Shown here piece by piece: positions 1-13,800 of a stretch of 64,000 bases of DNA. The first letter of the stretch is position 1. Each line of letters begins with the position of its first letter. Both the position numbers and the translations under genes were made by a program. The notes below the pieces were generated by a model. That model had not been told where the DNA came from and did not search any database. It saw only the letters and a list, made by a program, of their open reading frames with translations. The stretch comes from Eledone cirrhosa (taxonomy: Eukaryota): positions 255,626,001 to 255,690,000 of the forward strand of contig OZ024741.1 in NCBI GenBank assembly GCA_964016885.1, given 5' to 3'.

Positions 1-3000
1 GTGTTTTGACTTACGAGTGTTCTGACTTACGAGTGTTCCGACTTACGAGTGTTCCGACTTACGAGTGTTTCGGCTTACGAGTGTTTACGGCTTACGAGTG
101 TTTCGACTTCCGAGTGTTTTGACTTACGGTGTTTCGGCTTACGAGTGATTCGACTTACGAATGTTTTGACTTACGGCTGTTTCGGCTTGCGAGTGTTTCG
201 ACTTACGAGTGTTTCGGCTTATGGGTGTTTCGACTTACTAATGTTTTTACTTACGAGTGTTTCGGCGTACGAGTGTTTTGACTTACGAGTGTTTCGACTT
301 ACGAGTGTTTCGACTTACGAGTCTTTCGGCTTACGTGAGTTTCGACTTAAGAGTGTTCTGATTTACGAGTGTTCTGACTTGCGGGTGTTCTGATTTACGA
401 GTGTTCCGACTTACGAGTGTTTCGGCTTATTAGTGTTTCGACTTACGAGTGTTTCGGCTTACGAGTGTTTCGACTTATGGGTGTTTCGACTTACGAGTGT
501 TTTTACTTACGGTGTTTCGGCTTACGAGTGTTTTGACTTACGAATGTTTTGACTTACGGGTTTTTCGGCTTACGAGTGTTTCGACTTACGAGTGTTTCGG
601 CTTACGAGTGTTTCGACTTACTAATGTTCTTACTTACGAGTGTTTCGGCGTACGAGAGTTTTGACTTACGAGTGTTTCGACTTACGAGTGTTTCGACTTA
701 CGAGTGTTTTAACTTACGAATGTTTTGACTTACGGGTGTTTCGGCTTACGAGTGTTTCGACTTACGAGTGTTTCGGCTTACGAGTGTTTCGACTTACTAA
801 TGTTTTTACTTACGAGTGTTTCGGCGTACGAGTGTTTCGACTTACGAGTGTTTCGACTTACGGGTGTTTTGACTTACGGGTGTTTCGGCTTACGAGTGTT
901 TTGACTTACGAGTGTTTTGACTTAAGGGTGTTTCGACTTACGAGTATTTTTGGCTTACGAGTGTTTCGACTTACGAGTGTTTTGACTTACGAGTGTTCTG
1001 ATTTACGGATGTTTCGACATACGAGTGTTTCGACTTACGAGTGTTTCGACTTATGACTGTTTCGACTTACGAGTGTTTCGGCTTATGAGTGTTTCGACTT
1101 ACGAGTGCTTCTGCTTACGAGTGTTTCGACTTACGAGTATTTCGGCTTTCGAGTGTTTCGACGTAAGAATGTTTTGGCTTACGAGTGTTTCGGCTTATGA
1201 GTGTTTCGGCCTACGAGTGTTTCGACTTACGAGTGTTTCGGCTTACGAGTGTTTCAGTGTTTCGGCTTACGTGTGTTTCGACTTACGAGTGTTTCGACTT
1301 ACGACTGTTTCGGCTTACGAGTGTTTCGGCTTACGAGTGTTTCGACTTACGAGTGTTTTGACTTACGAATGTTTTGACTTACGGGTGTTTCGGCTTACGA
1401 GTGTTTCGACTTACGATTCTTTCGGCTTACGAGTGTTTCGACTTACTAATGTTTTTACTTACGAGTGTTTCGGCGTACGAGTGTTTCGACTTACGAGTGT
1501 TTCGACTTACGGGTGTTTTGACTTACGGGTGTTTCGGCTTACGAGTGTTTTGACTTACGAGTGTTTTGACTTAAGGGTGTTTCGACTTACGAGTATTTTT
1601 GGCTTACGAGTGTTTCGACTTACGAGTGTTTTGACTTACGAGTGTTCTGATTTACGGATGTTTCGACATACGAGTGTTTCGACTTACGAGTGTTTCGACT
1701 TACTAATGTTCTTACTTACGAGTGTTTCGGTGTACGAGAGTTTTGACTTACGAGTGTTTCGACTTACGAGTGTTTCGACTTTCGAGTGTTTTGACTTACG
1801 AATGTTTTGACTTACGGGTGTTTCGGCTAACGAGTGTTTCGACTTACGAGTCTTTCGGCTTACGAGTGTTTCGACTTACTAATGTTTTTACTTACGAGTG
1901 TTTCGGCGTACGAGTGTTTCGACTTACGAGTGTTTCGACTTACGGGTGTTTTGACTTACGGGTGTTTCGGCTTACGAGTGTTTTGACTTACGAGTGTTTT
2001 GACTTAAGGTTGTTTCGACTGACGAGTATTTTTGGCTTACGAGTGTTTCCACTTACGAGTGTTTTGACTTACGAGTGTTCTGATTTACGGATGTTTCGAC
2101 ATACGAGTGTTTCGACTTACGAGTGTTTCGACTTATGAGTGTTTCGACTTACGAGTGTTTCGGCTTATGAGTGTTTCGACTTACGAGTGCTTCGGCTTAC
2201 GAGTGTTTCGACTTACGAGTATTTCGGCTTACGAGTGTTTCGACGTACGAATGTTTTGGCTTACGAGTGTTTCGGCTTATGAGTGTTTCGGCTTACGAGT
2301 GTTTCGATTTACGAGTGTTTCGGCTTACGAGTGTTTCAGTGTTTCGGCTTACGTGTGTTTCGACTTACGATTGTTTCGACTTACGACTGTTTCGGCTTAC
2401 GAGTGTTTCGGCTTGCGAGTGTTTCGGCTTACGAGTGTTTTGACTTACGAGTGTTTTGACTTACGATTGTTTGGCTTACGAGTGTTCTGACTTACGGGTG
2501 TTCTGACTTTCGAATGTTCCGACTTACGAGTGTTTCGGCTTATGAGGGTTTCGACTTACGAGTGCTTCGGCTTACGAGTGTTTCGACTTACGAGTGTTTC
2601 GGCTTACGAGTGTTTCGACTTACGAGTGTTTCGACTTACGAGTGTTTTGACTTACGGTGTTTCGGCTTACGAGTGTTTCGACATACGAGTGTTTTGACGT
2701 ACGGGTGTTTCGACTTACGGGTCTTTCGACTTAAGAGTGTTTCTACTACCGAGCGCTTCGACTTACGAGTGTTTCGACTTACGAGTGTTTCGGCGTATGA
2801 GTGTTTTGACTTACGAGTGTTTCGACTTACGAGTGTTTCGAATTACGAGTGTTTCGACTTACGAGTGTTTTGACTTACGAGTGTTTTGACTTCGGTGTTT
2901 CTGCTTACGAGTGTTTCGACTTACGAGTGTTATGACTTACGGGTGTTTTCACATACGAGTGTTTCGACTTACGAGTGTTTTGACTTACGGGTGTTTTGAC

Positions 3001-4248
3001 ATACGAGTGTTTCGATACGAGTGTTCTGACTTACGAGTGTTCTGACTTACGAGTGTTCTGACTTACGAGTGTTTCGACATACGAGTGTTTTGACTTACGG
3101 GTGTTTCGACTTACGAGTGTTTTCACTTACGAATGTTTTGACTTACGGGTGTTTCGGCTTACGAGTGTTTCGACTTACGAGTGTTTCGGCTTACGAGTGT
3201 TTCGACTTACTAATATTTTTACTTACGAGTGTTTCGGCGTACGAGAGTTTTGACTTACGCGTGTTTCGACTTACGAGTGTTTCGACTTACGAGTATTTTG
3301 ACTTACGAATGTTTTGACTTACGGGTGTTTCGGCTTACGAGTGTTTCGACTTACGATTCTTTCGGCTTACGAGTGTTTCGACTTACTAATGTTTTTACTT
3401 ACGAGTGTTTCGGCGTACGAGTGTTTCGACTTCCGAGTGTTTCGACTTACGGGTGTTTTGACTGACGGGTGTATCGGCTTACGAGTGTTTTGACTTACGA
3501 GTGTTTTGACTTAAGGGTGTTTCGACTTACGAGTATTTTTGGCTTACGAGTGTTTCGACTTACGAGTGTTTTGACTTACGAGTGTTCTGATTTACGGATG
3601 TTTCGACATACGAGTGTTTCGACTTACGAGTGTTTCGACTTATGAGTGTTTCGACTTACGAGTGTTTCGACTTACGAGTGTTTCGGCTTGTGATTGTTTC
3701 GACTTACGAGTGTTTTGACTTACGGTGTTTCAGCTTACGAGTGTTTCGACTTACGAGTGTTTTGACTTACGGGTGTTTTGACATACGAGTGTTTCGATAC
3801 GAGTGTTCTGACTTACGAGTGTTCTGACTTACGAGTGTTTTGATTTACGAGTGTTCTGACTTACGAGTGTTCCGACTTACGAGTGTTCCGACTTACGAGT
3901 GTTTCGGCTTACGAGTGTTTTGACTTAAGGGTGTTTCGACTTACGAGTGTTTCGATACGAGTGTTTCGACTTACGAGTGTTTCGGCTTACGAGTGTTTCG
4001 ACTTACGAGTGTTCCGACTTACGGGTGTTTCGACTTACGAGTGTTTTGGCTTACGGTGTTTCGACTTACGAGTGTTTCGAGTTAAGAGTGTTTTGACTTA
4101 CGAGTGTTCTGATTTACGAGTGTTCTGACTTACGAGTGTTCTGACTTACGAGTGTTCTGACTTACGAGTGTTCTGACTTACGAGTGTTCCGACTTTACGA
4201 GTGTTTCGGCTCACGAGTGTTTCGGCTTACGAGTGTTTCGACTTACGA

Positions 4249-4317
4249 AAATAACAAATAGACGCGGTTTCAAATCTCTATGCTTTTCAAATTCATTACA
4301 TTAATCTTTATTTATAC
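4249..4317 (+). repeat. 69-bp AT-rich interspersed element, copy 1 (downstream context A)
   Basis: AAATAACAAATAGACGCGGTTTCAAATCTCTATGCTTTTCAAATTCATTACATTAATCTTTATTTATAC lies between GACTTACGA and GTTTCGCTTTACGAG. Confidence 0.97.
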
Positions 4318-5751
4318 GTTTCGCTTTACGAGTGTTTCGACTTACGAGTGTTTCGACATACGAGTGTTTCGACTTACGAATGTTTTTGCTTACGGGTGTT
4401 TCGACTTACGAATGTTTTTGCTTACGAGTGTTTCGGTTTACGAGTGTTCCGACTTACGAGTGTTCCGACTTACGAGTGTTTCGGCTTACGTGTGTTTCCG
4501 GCTTACGAGTGTTTCAACTTACGAGTGTTCTGACTTACGAGTGTTCTGATTTACGGATGTTTCGACACACGAGTGTTTCGAATTACGAGTGTTTCGACTT
4601 ACGAGTGTTTTGACTTACGGGTGTTTTGACATACGAGTGTTTCGATACGAGTGTTTCGACTTATGAGTGTTTCGACTTACGAGTGTTCTGACTTACGAGT
4701 GTTCTGACTTACGAGTGTTCTGATTTACGGATGTTTCGACACACGAGTGTTTCGATACGAGTGTTTCGACTTACGAGTGTTTCGACTTATGAGTGTTTCG
4801 ACTTACGAGTGTTCTGACTTATGAGTGTTCTGACTTACGAGTGTTCCGACTTACGAGTGTTTCGGTTTACGAGTGTTTCGACATACGAGTGTTTTGACTT
4901 ACGGGTGTTTCGACTTACGGGTGTTTCGACTTACGAGTGTTTTGGCTTACGAGTGTTTCGACTTACTAATGTTTTTACTTACGAGTGTTTCGGTGTACGA
5001 ATGTTTTGACTTAAGGATATTTCGACTTACGAGTGTTTCGACTTACGAGTGTTTCGGCTTACGTGAGTTTCGACTTAAGATTGTTCTGATTTACGAGTGT
5101 TCTGACTTACGAGTGTTTCGGCTTATGAGTGTTTCGACTTACGAGTGTTTCGGCTTACGAGTGTTTCGACTTATGGGTGTTTCGACTTACGAGTGTTTTT
5201 ACTTACGGTGTTTCGGCTTACGAGTGTTTCGACATACGAGTGTTTTGACTTACGGGTGTTTCGGCTTACGAGTGTTTCGACTTACGAGTGTTTTGACTTA
5301 CGGGTGTTTCGACTGACGAGTATTTTTGGCTTACGAGTGTTTCGACTTACGATTGTTTTGACTTACGAGTGTTCTGATTTACGGATGTTTCGACATACGA
5401 GTGTTTCGACTTACGAGTGTTTCGACTTACGTGTGTTTCCGGCTTACGAGTGTTTCAACTTACGAGTGTTCTGACTTACGAGTGTTCTGATTTACGGATG
5501 TTTCGACACACGAGTGTTTCGAATTACGAGTGTTTCGACTTACGAGTGTTTTGACTTACGGGTGTTTTGACATACGAGTGTTTCGATACGAGTGTTTCGA
5601 CTTACGAGTGTTCTGACTTACGAGTGTTCTGTCTTACGAGTGTTCTGACTTACGAGTGTTCTTACTTACGAGTGTTCCGACTTACGAGTGTTCCGACTTA
5701 CGAGTGTTTCGGCTTACGAGTGTTTCGGCTTACGAGTGTTTCGACTTACGA

Positions 5752-5820
5752 AAATAACGAATAGACGCGGTTTCAAATCTCTATGCTTTTCAAATTCATT
5801 ACATTAATCTTTATTTATAC
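5752..5820 (+). repeat. 69-bp AT-rich element, copy 2 (context B; A>G at 5759)
   Basis: Same sequence with AACGAAT in place of AACAAAT. It is the only copy lacking the upstream GACTTTACG/GGCTCACG markers. Confidence 0.97.
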
Positions 5821-8800
5821 GTTTCGCTTTACGAGTGTTTCGACTTACGAGTGTTTCGACATACGAGTGTTTCGGCTTACGAGTGTTTTGATTTACGAGT
5901 GTTTTGACTTACGGGTGCTTCGACTTACGCGTGTTTCGACTTACGAGTGTTTCGACTTACGAGTGTTTCGACTTACGAGTGTTTCGGCTTACGAGTGTTT
6001 TGACTTACGAATGTTTTGACTTACGATTGTTTCGGCTTACGAGTGTTTCGACTTACGAGTGTTCTGACTACGAGTGTTCTGACTTACGGGTGTTCTGACT
6101 TACGAGTGTTCCGACTTACGAGTGTTTCGGCTTATGAGTGTTTCGACTTACGAGTGCTTCGACTTACGAGTGTTTCGGCTTACGGGTGTTTCGACTTACG
6201 AATGTTTTTGCTTACGAGTGTTTCGGCTTACGAGTGTTTCGGCTTATGAGTGTTTCGACTTACGAGTGTTTTGACTTACGGGTGTTTTGACATACGAGTG
6301 TTTCGATACGATTGTTCTGACTTACGAGTGTTTCCGCTTACGAGTGTTTCGGCTTACGAGTGTTTCGACTTACTAATGTTTTGGCTTACGAATGTTTTGA
6401 CTTACGGGTGTTTCGACTTACGAGTGTTTCGGCTTATGAGTGTTTCGACTTACGGGCGTTTCGACTTACGGGTGTTTCGACTTACGAGTGTTTTGGCTTA
6501 CGAATGTTTTGACTTACGGGTGTTTCGACTTACGAGTGTTTCGACTTATGAGTGTTTGGACTTACGAGTGTTTCGGCTTATGAGTGTTTCGACTTACGAG
6601 TGCTTCGACTTATGAGTATTTCGGCTTACGAGTGTTTCGACGTACGAATGTTTTGGCTTACGAGTGTTTCGGCTTATGAGTGTTTCGGCTTACGAGTGTT
6701 TCGACTTACGAGTGTTTCGGCTTACGAGTGTTTCAGTGTTTCGGCTTACGTGTGTTTCGACTTACGAGTGTTTCGACTTACGACTGTTTCGGCTTACGAG
6801 TGTTTCGGCTTACGAGTGTTTTGGCTTACGAGTGTTTTGACTTACGATTGTTTGGCTTACGAGTGTTCTGACTTACGGGTGTTCTGACTTACGAGTGTTC
6901 CGACTTACGAGTGTTTCGGCTTATGAGGGTTTCGACTTACGAGTGCTTCGGCTTACGAGTGTTTCGACTTACGAGTGTTTCGGCTTACGAGTGTTTCGAC
7001 TTACGAGTGTTTTGACTTACGGTGTTTCGGCTTACGAGTGTTTCGACATACGAGTGTTTTGACGTACGGGTGTTTCGACTTACGGGTCTTTCGACTTAAG
7101 AGTTTTTCGACTTACGAGCGCTTCGACTTACGAGTGTTTCGACTTACGAGTGTTTCGGCGTATGAGTGTTTTGACTTACGAGTGTTTCGACTTACGAGTG
7201 TTTCGACTTACGAGTGTTTCGAATTACGAGTGTTTCGACTTACGAGTGTTTTGACTTACGAGTGTTTTGACTTACGGTGTTTCTGCTTACGAGTGTTTCG
7301 ACTTTCGAGTGTTATGACTTACGGGTGTTTTGACATACGAGTGTTTCGACTTACGAGTCTTACGGCTTACGAGTGTTTCGACTTACTAATGTTTTTACTT
7401 ACGAGTGTTTCGGCGTACGAGTGTTTCGACTTCCGAGTGTTTCGACTTACAGGTGTTTTGACTTACGGGTGTTTCGGCTTACGAGTGTTTTGACTTACGA
7501 GTGTTTTGACTTAAGGGTGTTTCGACTTACGAGTATTTTTGGCTTACGAGTGTTTCGACTTACGAGTGTTTTGACTTACGAGTGTTCTGATTTACGGATG
7601 TTTCGACATACGAGTGTTCTGACTTACGAGTGTTCCGACTTACGAGTGTTCCGACTTACGAGTGTTTCGGCTTACGAGTGTTTCCGGCTTACGAGTGTTT
7701 CGACTTACGAGTGTTTTGACTTACGGTGTTTCGGCTTACGAGTGATTCGACTTACGAGTGTTTTGACTTACGAGTGTTTCGACTTACGAGTGTTTTGACT
7801 TACGAATGTTTTGACTTACGGGTGTTTCGGCTTACGAGTGTTTCGACTTACGAGTGTTTCGGCTTGCGAGTGTTTCGACTTACTAATGTTTTTACTTACG
7901 AGTGTTTAGGCGTACGAGTGTTTCGACTTACGAGTGTTTCGACTTACGGGTGTTTTGACTTACGGTTGTTTCGGCTTACCAGTGTTTCGACTTACGAGTG
8001 ATTTGACTTAAGGGTGTTTCGACATACGAGTGTTTCGACTTACGAGTGTTTCGACTTACGAGTGTTTCGGATTACGAGTGTTTTGACTTCAGGGTGTTTA
8101 GACTTACGAGTGTTTCGATACGAGTGTTTCGACTTACGAGTGTTCTGACTTACGAGTATTCTGATTTACGGATGTTTCGACACACGAGTGTTTCGAATTA
8201 CGAGTGTTTCGACTTACGAGTGTTTTGACTTACGGGTGTTTTGACATACGAGTGTTTCGATACGAGTGTTTCGACTTATGAGTGTTTCGACTTACGAGTG
8301 TTCTGACTTACGAGTGTTCTGACTTACGAGTGTTCTGATTTACGGATGTTTCGACACACGAGTGTTTCGATACGAGTGTTTCGACTTACGAGTGTTTCGA
8401 CTTATGAGTGTTTCGACTTACGAGTGTTCTGACTTACGAGTGTTCTGACTTACGAGTGTTCCGACTTACGAGTGTTTCGGTTTACGAGTGTTTCGACATA
8501 CGAGTGTTTTGACTTACGGGTGTTTCGACTTACGGGTGTTTCGACTTACGAGTGTTTTGGCTTACGAGTGTTTCGACTTACTAATGTTTTTACTTACGAG
8601 TGTTTCGGTGTACGAATGTTTTGACTTAAGGATATTTCGACTTACGAGTGTTTCGACTTACGAGTGTTTCGGCTTACGTGAGTTTCGACTTAAGATTGTT
8701 CTGATTTACGAGTGTTCTGACTTACGAGTGTTTCGGCTTATGAGTGTTTCGACTTACGAGTGTTTCGGCTTACGAGTGTTTCGACTTATGGGTGTTTCGA

Positions 8801-9292
8801 CTTACGAGTGTTTTTACTTACGGTGTTTCGGCTTACGAGTGTTTCGACATACGAGTGTTTTGACTTACGGGTGTTTCGGCGACGAGTGTTTCGACTTACG
8901 AGTGTATTGACTTACGGGTGTTTCGACTGACGAGTATTTTTGGCTTACGAGTGTTTCGACTTACGAGTGTTTTGACTTACGAGTGTTCTGATTTACGGAT
9001 GTTTCGACATACGAGTGTTTCGACTTACGAGTGTTTCGACTTATGAGTGTTTCGACTTACGAGTGTTTCGGCTTACGAGTGTTTCGACTTACGAGTGTTT
9101 TGACTTACGGTGTTTCGGCTTACGAGTGTTTCGACTTACGAGTGTTTTGACTTACGGGTGTTTTGACATACGAGTGTTTCGATACGAGTGTTCTGACTTA
9201 CGAGTGTTCTGACTTACGAGTGTTTTGACTTACGAGTGTTCTGACTTACGAGTGTTCCGAATTACGAGTGTTCCGACTTACGAGTGTTTCGG

Positions 9293-10824
9293 CTTACGAG
9301 TGTTTCCGGCTTACGAGTGTTTCGACTTCCGAGTGTTTTGACTTACGGTGTTTCGGCTTACGAGTGATTCGACTTACGAGTGTTTTGACTTACGGGTGAT
9401 TTGACTTACGGGTGTTGTGAATTACGAGTGTTCCGATTTACGAGTGTTTTGACTTACGGTGTTTCGGCTTACGAGTGATTCGACTTACGAATGTTTTGAC
9501 TTACGGGTGTTTCGGCTTGCGAGTGTTTCGACTTACGAGTGTTTCGGCTTATGGGTGTTTCGACTTACTAATGTTTTTACTTACGAGTGTTTCGGCGTAC
9601 GAGTGTTTTGACTTACGAGTGTTTCGACTTACGAGTCTTTCGACTTACGAGTGTTTCGGCTTACGTGAGTTTCGACTTAAGAGTGTTCTGATTTACGAGT
9701 GTTCTGACTTGCGGGTGTTCTGATTTACGAGTGTTCCGACTCACGAGTGTTTCGGCTTATTAGTGTTTCGACTTACGAGTGTTTCGGCTTACGAGTGTTT
9801 CGACTTATGGGTGTTTCGACTTACGAGTGTTTTTACTTACGGTGTTTCGGCTTACGAGTGTTTCGACATACGAGTGTTTTGACTTACGGGTGTTTCGACT
9901 TACGAGTGTTTTGACTTACGAATGTTTTGACTTACGGGTGTTTCGGCTTACGAGTGTTTCGACTTACGAGTGTTTCGGCTTACGAGTGTTTCGACTTACT
10001 AATGTTCTTACTTACGAGTGTTTCGGCGTACGAGAGTTTTGACTTACGAGTGTTTCGACTTACGAGTGTTTCCGGCTTACGAGTGTTTCGACTTCCGAGT
10101 GTTTTGACTTACGGTGTTTCGGCTTACGAGTGATTCGACTTACGAGTGTTTTGACTTACGGGTGATTTGACTTACGGGTGTTGTGAATTACGAGTGTTCC
10201 GATTTACGAGTGTTTTGACTTACGGTGTTTCGGCTTACGAGTGATTCGACTTACGAATGTTTTGACTTACGGGTGTTTCGGCTTGCGAGTGTTTCGACTT
10301 ACGAGTGTTTCGGCTTATGGGTGTTTCGACTTACTAATGTTTTTACTTACGAGTGTTTCGGCGTACGAGTGTTTTGACTTACGAGTGTTTCGACTTACGA
10401 GTCTTTCGACTTACGAGTGTTTCGGCTTACGTGAGTTTCGACTTAAGAGTGTTCTGATTTACGAGTGTTCTGACTTGCGGGTGTTCTGATTTACGAGTGT
10501 TCCGACTCACGAGTGTTTCGGCTTATTAGTGTTTCGACTTACGAGTGTTTCGGCTTACGAGTGTTTCGACTTATGGGTGTTTCGACTTACGAGTGTTTTT
10601 ACTTACGGTGTTTCGGCTTACGAGTGTTTCGACATACGAGTGTTTTGACTTACGGGTGTTTCGACTTACGAGTGTTTTGACTTACGAATGTTTTGACTTA
10701 CGGGTGTTTCGGCTTACGAGTGTTTCGACTTACGAGTGTTTCGGCTTACGAGTGTTTCGACTTACTAATGTTCTTACTTACGAGTGTTTCGGCGTACGAG
10801 AGTTTTGACTTACGAGTGTTTCGA
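9293..10824 (+). repeat. Tandem duplication, 766-bp unit x2 (approximate ends)
   Basis: Identical ORF translations at 9475/10241 and 9779/10545. The variant GACTCACG is shared at about 9738 and 10504. Confidence 0.88.
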
Positions 10825-13800
10825 CTTACGAGTGTTTCGACTTACGAGTGTTTTGACTTACGAATGTTTTGACTTACGGGTGTTTCGGCTTACGAGTGTT
10901 TCGACTTACGAGTCTTTCGGCTTACGAGTGTTTCGACTTACTAATGTTTTTACTTACGAGTGTTTCGGCGTACGAGTGTTTCGACTTACGAGTGTTTCGA
11001 CTTACGGGTGTTTTGACTTACGGGTGTTTCGGCTTACGAGTGTTTTGACTTACGAGTGTTTTGACTTAAGGGTGTTTCGACTTACGAGTATTTTTGGCTT
11101 ACGAGTGTTTCGACTTACGAGTGTTTTGACTTACGAGTGTTCTGATTTACGGATGTTTCGACATACGAGTGTTTCGACTTACGAGTGTTTCGACTTATGA
11201 GTGTTTCGACTTACGAGTGTTTCGGCTTATGAGTGTTTCGACTTACGAGTGCTTCGGCTTACGAGTGTTTCGACTTACGAGTATTTCGGCTTACGAGTGT
11301 TTCGACGTACGAATGTTTTGGCTTACGAGTGTTTCGGCTTATGAGTGTTTCGGCTTACGAGTGTTTCGACTTACGAGTGTTTCGGCTTACGAGTGTTTCA
11401 GTGTTTCGGCTTACGTGTGTTTCGACTTACGAGTGTTTCGACTTACGACTGTTTCGGCTTAGGAGTGCTTCGGCTTACGAGTGTTTCGACTTACGAGTGT
11501 TTCGGCTTGCGAGTGTTTCGACTTACTAATGTTTTTACTTACGAGTGTTTAGGCGTACGAGTGTTTCGACTTACGAGTGTTTCGACTTACGGGTGTTTTG
11601 ACTTACGGGTGTTTCGGCTTACCAGTGTTTCGACTTACGAGTGATTTGACTTAAGGGTGTTTCGACATACGAGTGTTTCGACTTACGAGTGTTTCGACTT
11701 ACGAGTGTTTCGGATTACGAGTGTTTTGACTTCAGGGTGTTTAGACTTACGAGTGTTTCGATACGAGTGTTTCGACTTACGAGTGTTCTGACTTACGAGT
11801 ATTCTGATTTACGGATGTTTCGACACACGAGTGTTTCGAATTACGAGTGTTTCGACTTACGAGTGTTTTGACTTACGGGTGTTTTGACATACGAGTGTTT
11901 CGATACGAGTGTTTCGACTTATGAGTGTTTCGACTTACGAGTGTTCTGACGTACGAGTGTTCTGACTTACGAGTGTTCTGATTTACGGATGTTTCGACAC
12001 ACGAGTGTTTCGATACGAGTGTTTCGACTTACGAGTGTTTCGACTTATGAGTGTTTCGACTTACGAGTGTTCTGACTTACGAGGGTTCTGACTTACGAGT
12101 GTTCCGACTTACGAGTGTTTCGGTTTACGAGTGTTTCGACATACGAGTGTTTTGACTTACGGGTGTTTCGACTTACGGGTGTTTCGACTTACGAGTGTTT
12201 TGGCTTACGAGTGTTTCGACTTACTAATGTTTTTACTTACGAGTGTTTCGGTGTACGAATGTTTTGACTTAAGGATGTTTCGACTTACGAGTGTTTCGAC
12301 TTACGAGTGTTTCGGCTTACGTGAGTTTCGACTTAAGATTGTTCTGATTTACGAGTGTTCTGACTTACGAGTGTTTCGGCTTATGAGTGTTTCGACTTAC
12401 GAGTGTTTCGGCTTACGAGTGTTTCGACTTATGGGTGTTTCGACTTACGAGTGTTTTTACTTACGGTGTTTCGGCTTACGAGTGTTTCGACATACGAGTG
12501 TTTTGACTTACGGGTGTTTCGGCTTACGAGTGTTTCGACTTACGAGTGTTTTGACTTACGGGTGTTTCGACTTACGAGTATTTTTGGCTTACGAGTGTTT
12601 CGACTTACGAGTGTTTTGACTTACGAGTGTTCTGATTTACGGATGTTTCGACATACGAGTGTTTCGACTTACGAGTGTTTCGACTTATGAGTGTTTCGAC
12701 TTACGAGTGTTTCGGCTTACGAGTGTTTCGACTTACGAGTGTTTTGACTTACGGTGTTTCGGCTTACGAGTGTTTCGACTTACGAGTGTTTTGACTTACG
12801 GGTGTTTTGACATACGAGTGTTTCGATACGAGTGTTCTGACTTACGAGTGTTCTGACTTACGAGTGTTTTGACTTACGAGTGTTCTGACTTACGAGTGTT
12901 CCGACTTACGAGTGTTCCGACTTACGAGTGTTTCGGCTTACGAGTGTTTCCGGCTTACGAGTGTTTCGACTTCCGAGTGTTTTGACTTACGGTGTTTCGG
13001 CTTACGAGTGATTCGACTTACGAGTGTTTTGACTTACGGGTGATTTGACTTACGGGTGTTGTGAATTACGAGTGTTCCGATTTACGAGTGTTTTGACTTA
13101 CGGTGTTTCGGCTTACGAGTGATTCGACTTACGAATGTTTTGACTTACGGGTGTTTCGGCTTGCGAGTGTTTCGACTTACGAGTGTTTCGGCTTATGGGT
13201 GTTTCGACTTACTAATGTTTTTACTTACGAGTGTTTCGGCGTACGAGTGTTTTGACTTACGAGTGTTTCGACTTACGAGTCTTTCGACTTAAGAGTGTTT
13301 CGGCTTACGTGAGTTTCGACTTAAGAGTGTTCTGATTTACGAGTGTTCTGACTTGCGGGTGTTCTGATTTACGAGTGTTCCGACTTACGAGTGTTTCGGC
13401 TTATTAGTGTTTCGACTTACGAGTGTTTCGGCTTACGAGTGTTTCGACTTATGGGTGTTTCGACTTACGAGTGTTTTTACTTACGGTGTTTCGGCTTACG
13501 AGTGTTTCGACATACGAGTGTTTTGACTTACGGGTGTTTCGACTTACGAGTGTTTTGACTTACGAATGTTTTGACTTACGGGTGTTTCGGCTTACGAGTG
13601 TTTCGACTTACGAGTGTTTCGGCTTACGAGTGTTTCGACTTACTAATGTTCTTACTTACGAGTGTTTCGGCGTACGAGAGTTTTGACTTACGAGTGTTTC
13701 GACTTACGAGTGTTTCGACTTACGAGTGTTTTGACTTACGAATGTTTTGACTTACGGGTGTTTCGGCTGACGAGTGTTTCGACTTACGAGTCTTTCGGCT

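Noticed and set aside
4249-4317. 69-bp element as an independently mobile MITE/SINE
   Set aside because: No TIRs, target-site duplication, poly-A tail or Pol III boxes were seen. Shared flanking variants show the copies spread by co-duplication.
4249-4317. Promoter or polyadenylation motifs in the insert (TTTATA; minus-strand TATAAATAAA/AATAAA)
   Set aside because: Such short AT-rich motifs are expected by chance in a 75% AT segment and cannot be supported without transcript data.
4280-4549. MLFKFITLIFIYTF... ORFs with a hydrophobic, signal-peptide-like start at each insert
   Set aside because: T-rich DNA naturally encodes F/L/I. Only 13 codons are non-satellite, and the downstream frame differs between contexts A and B. 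There is no expression evidence, though Ribo-seq or proteomics could reopen this.
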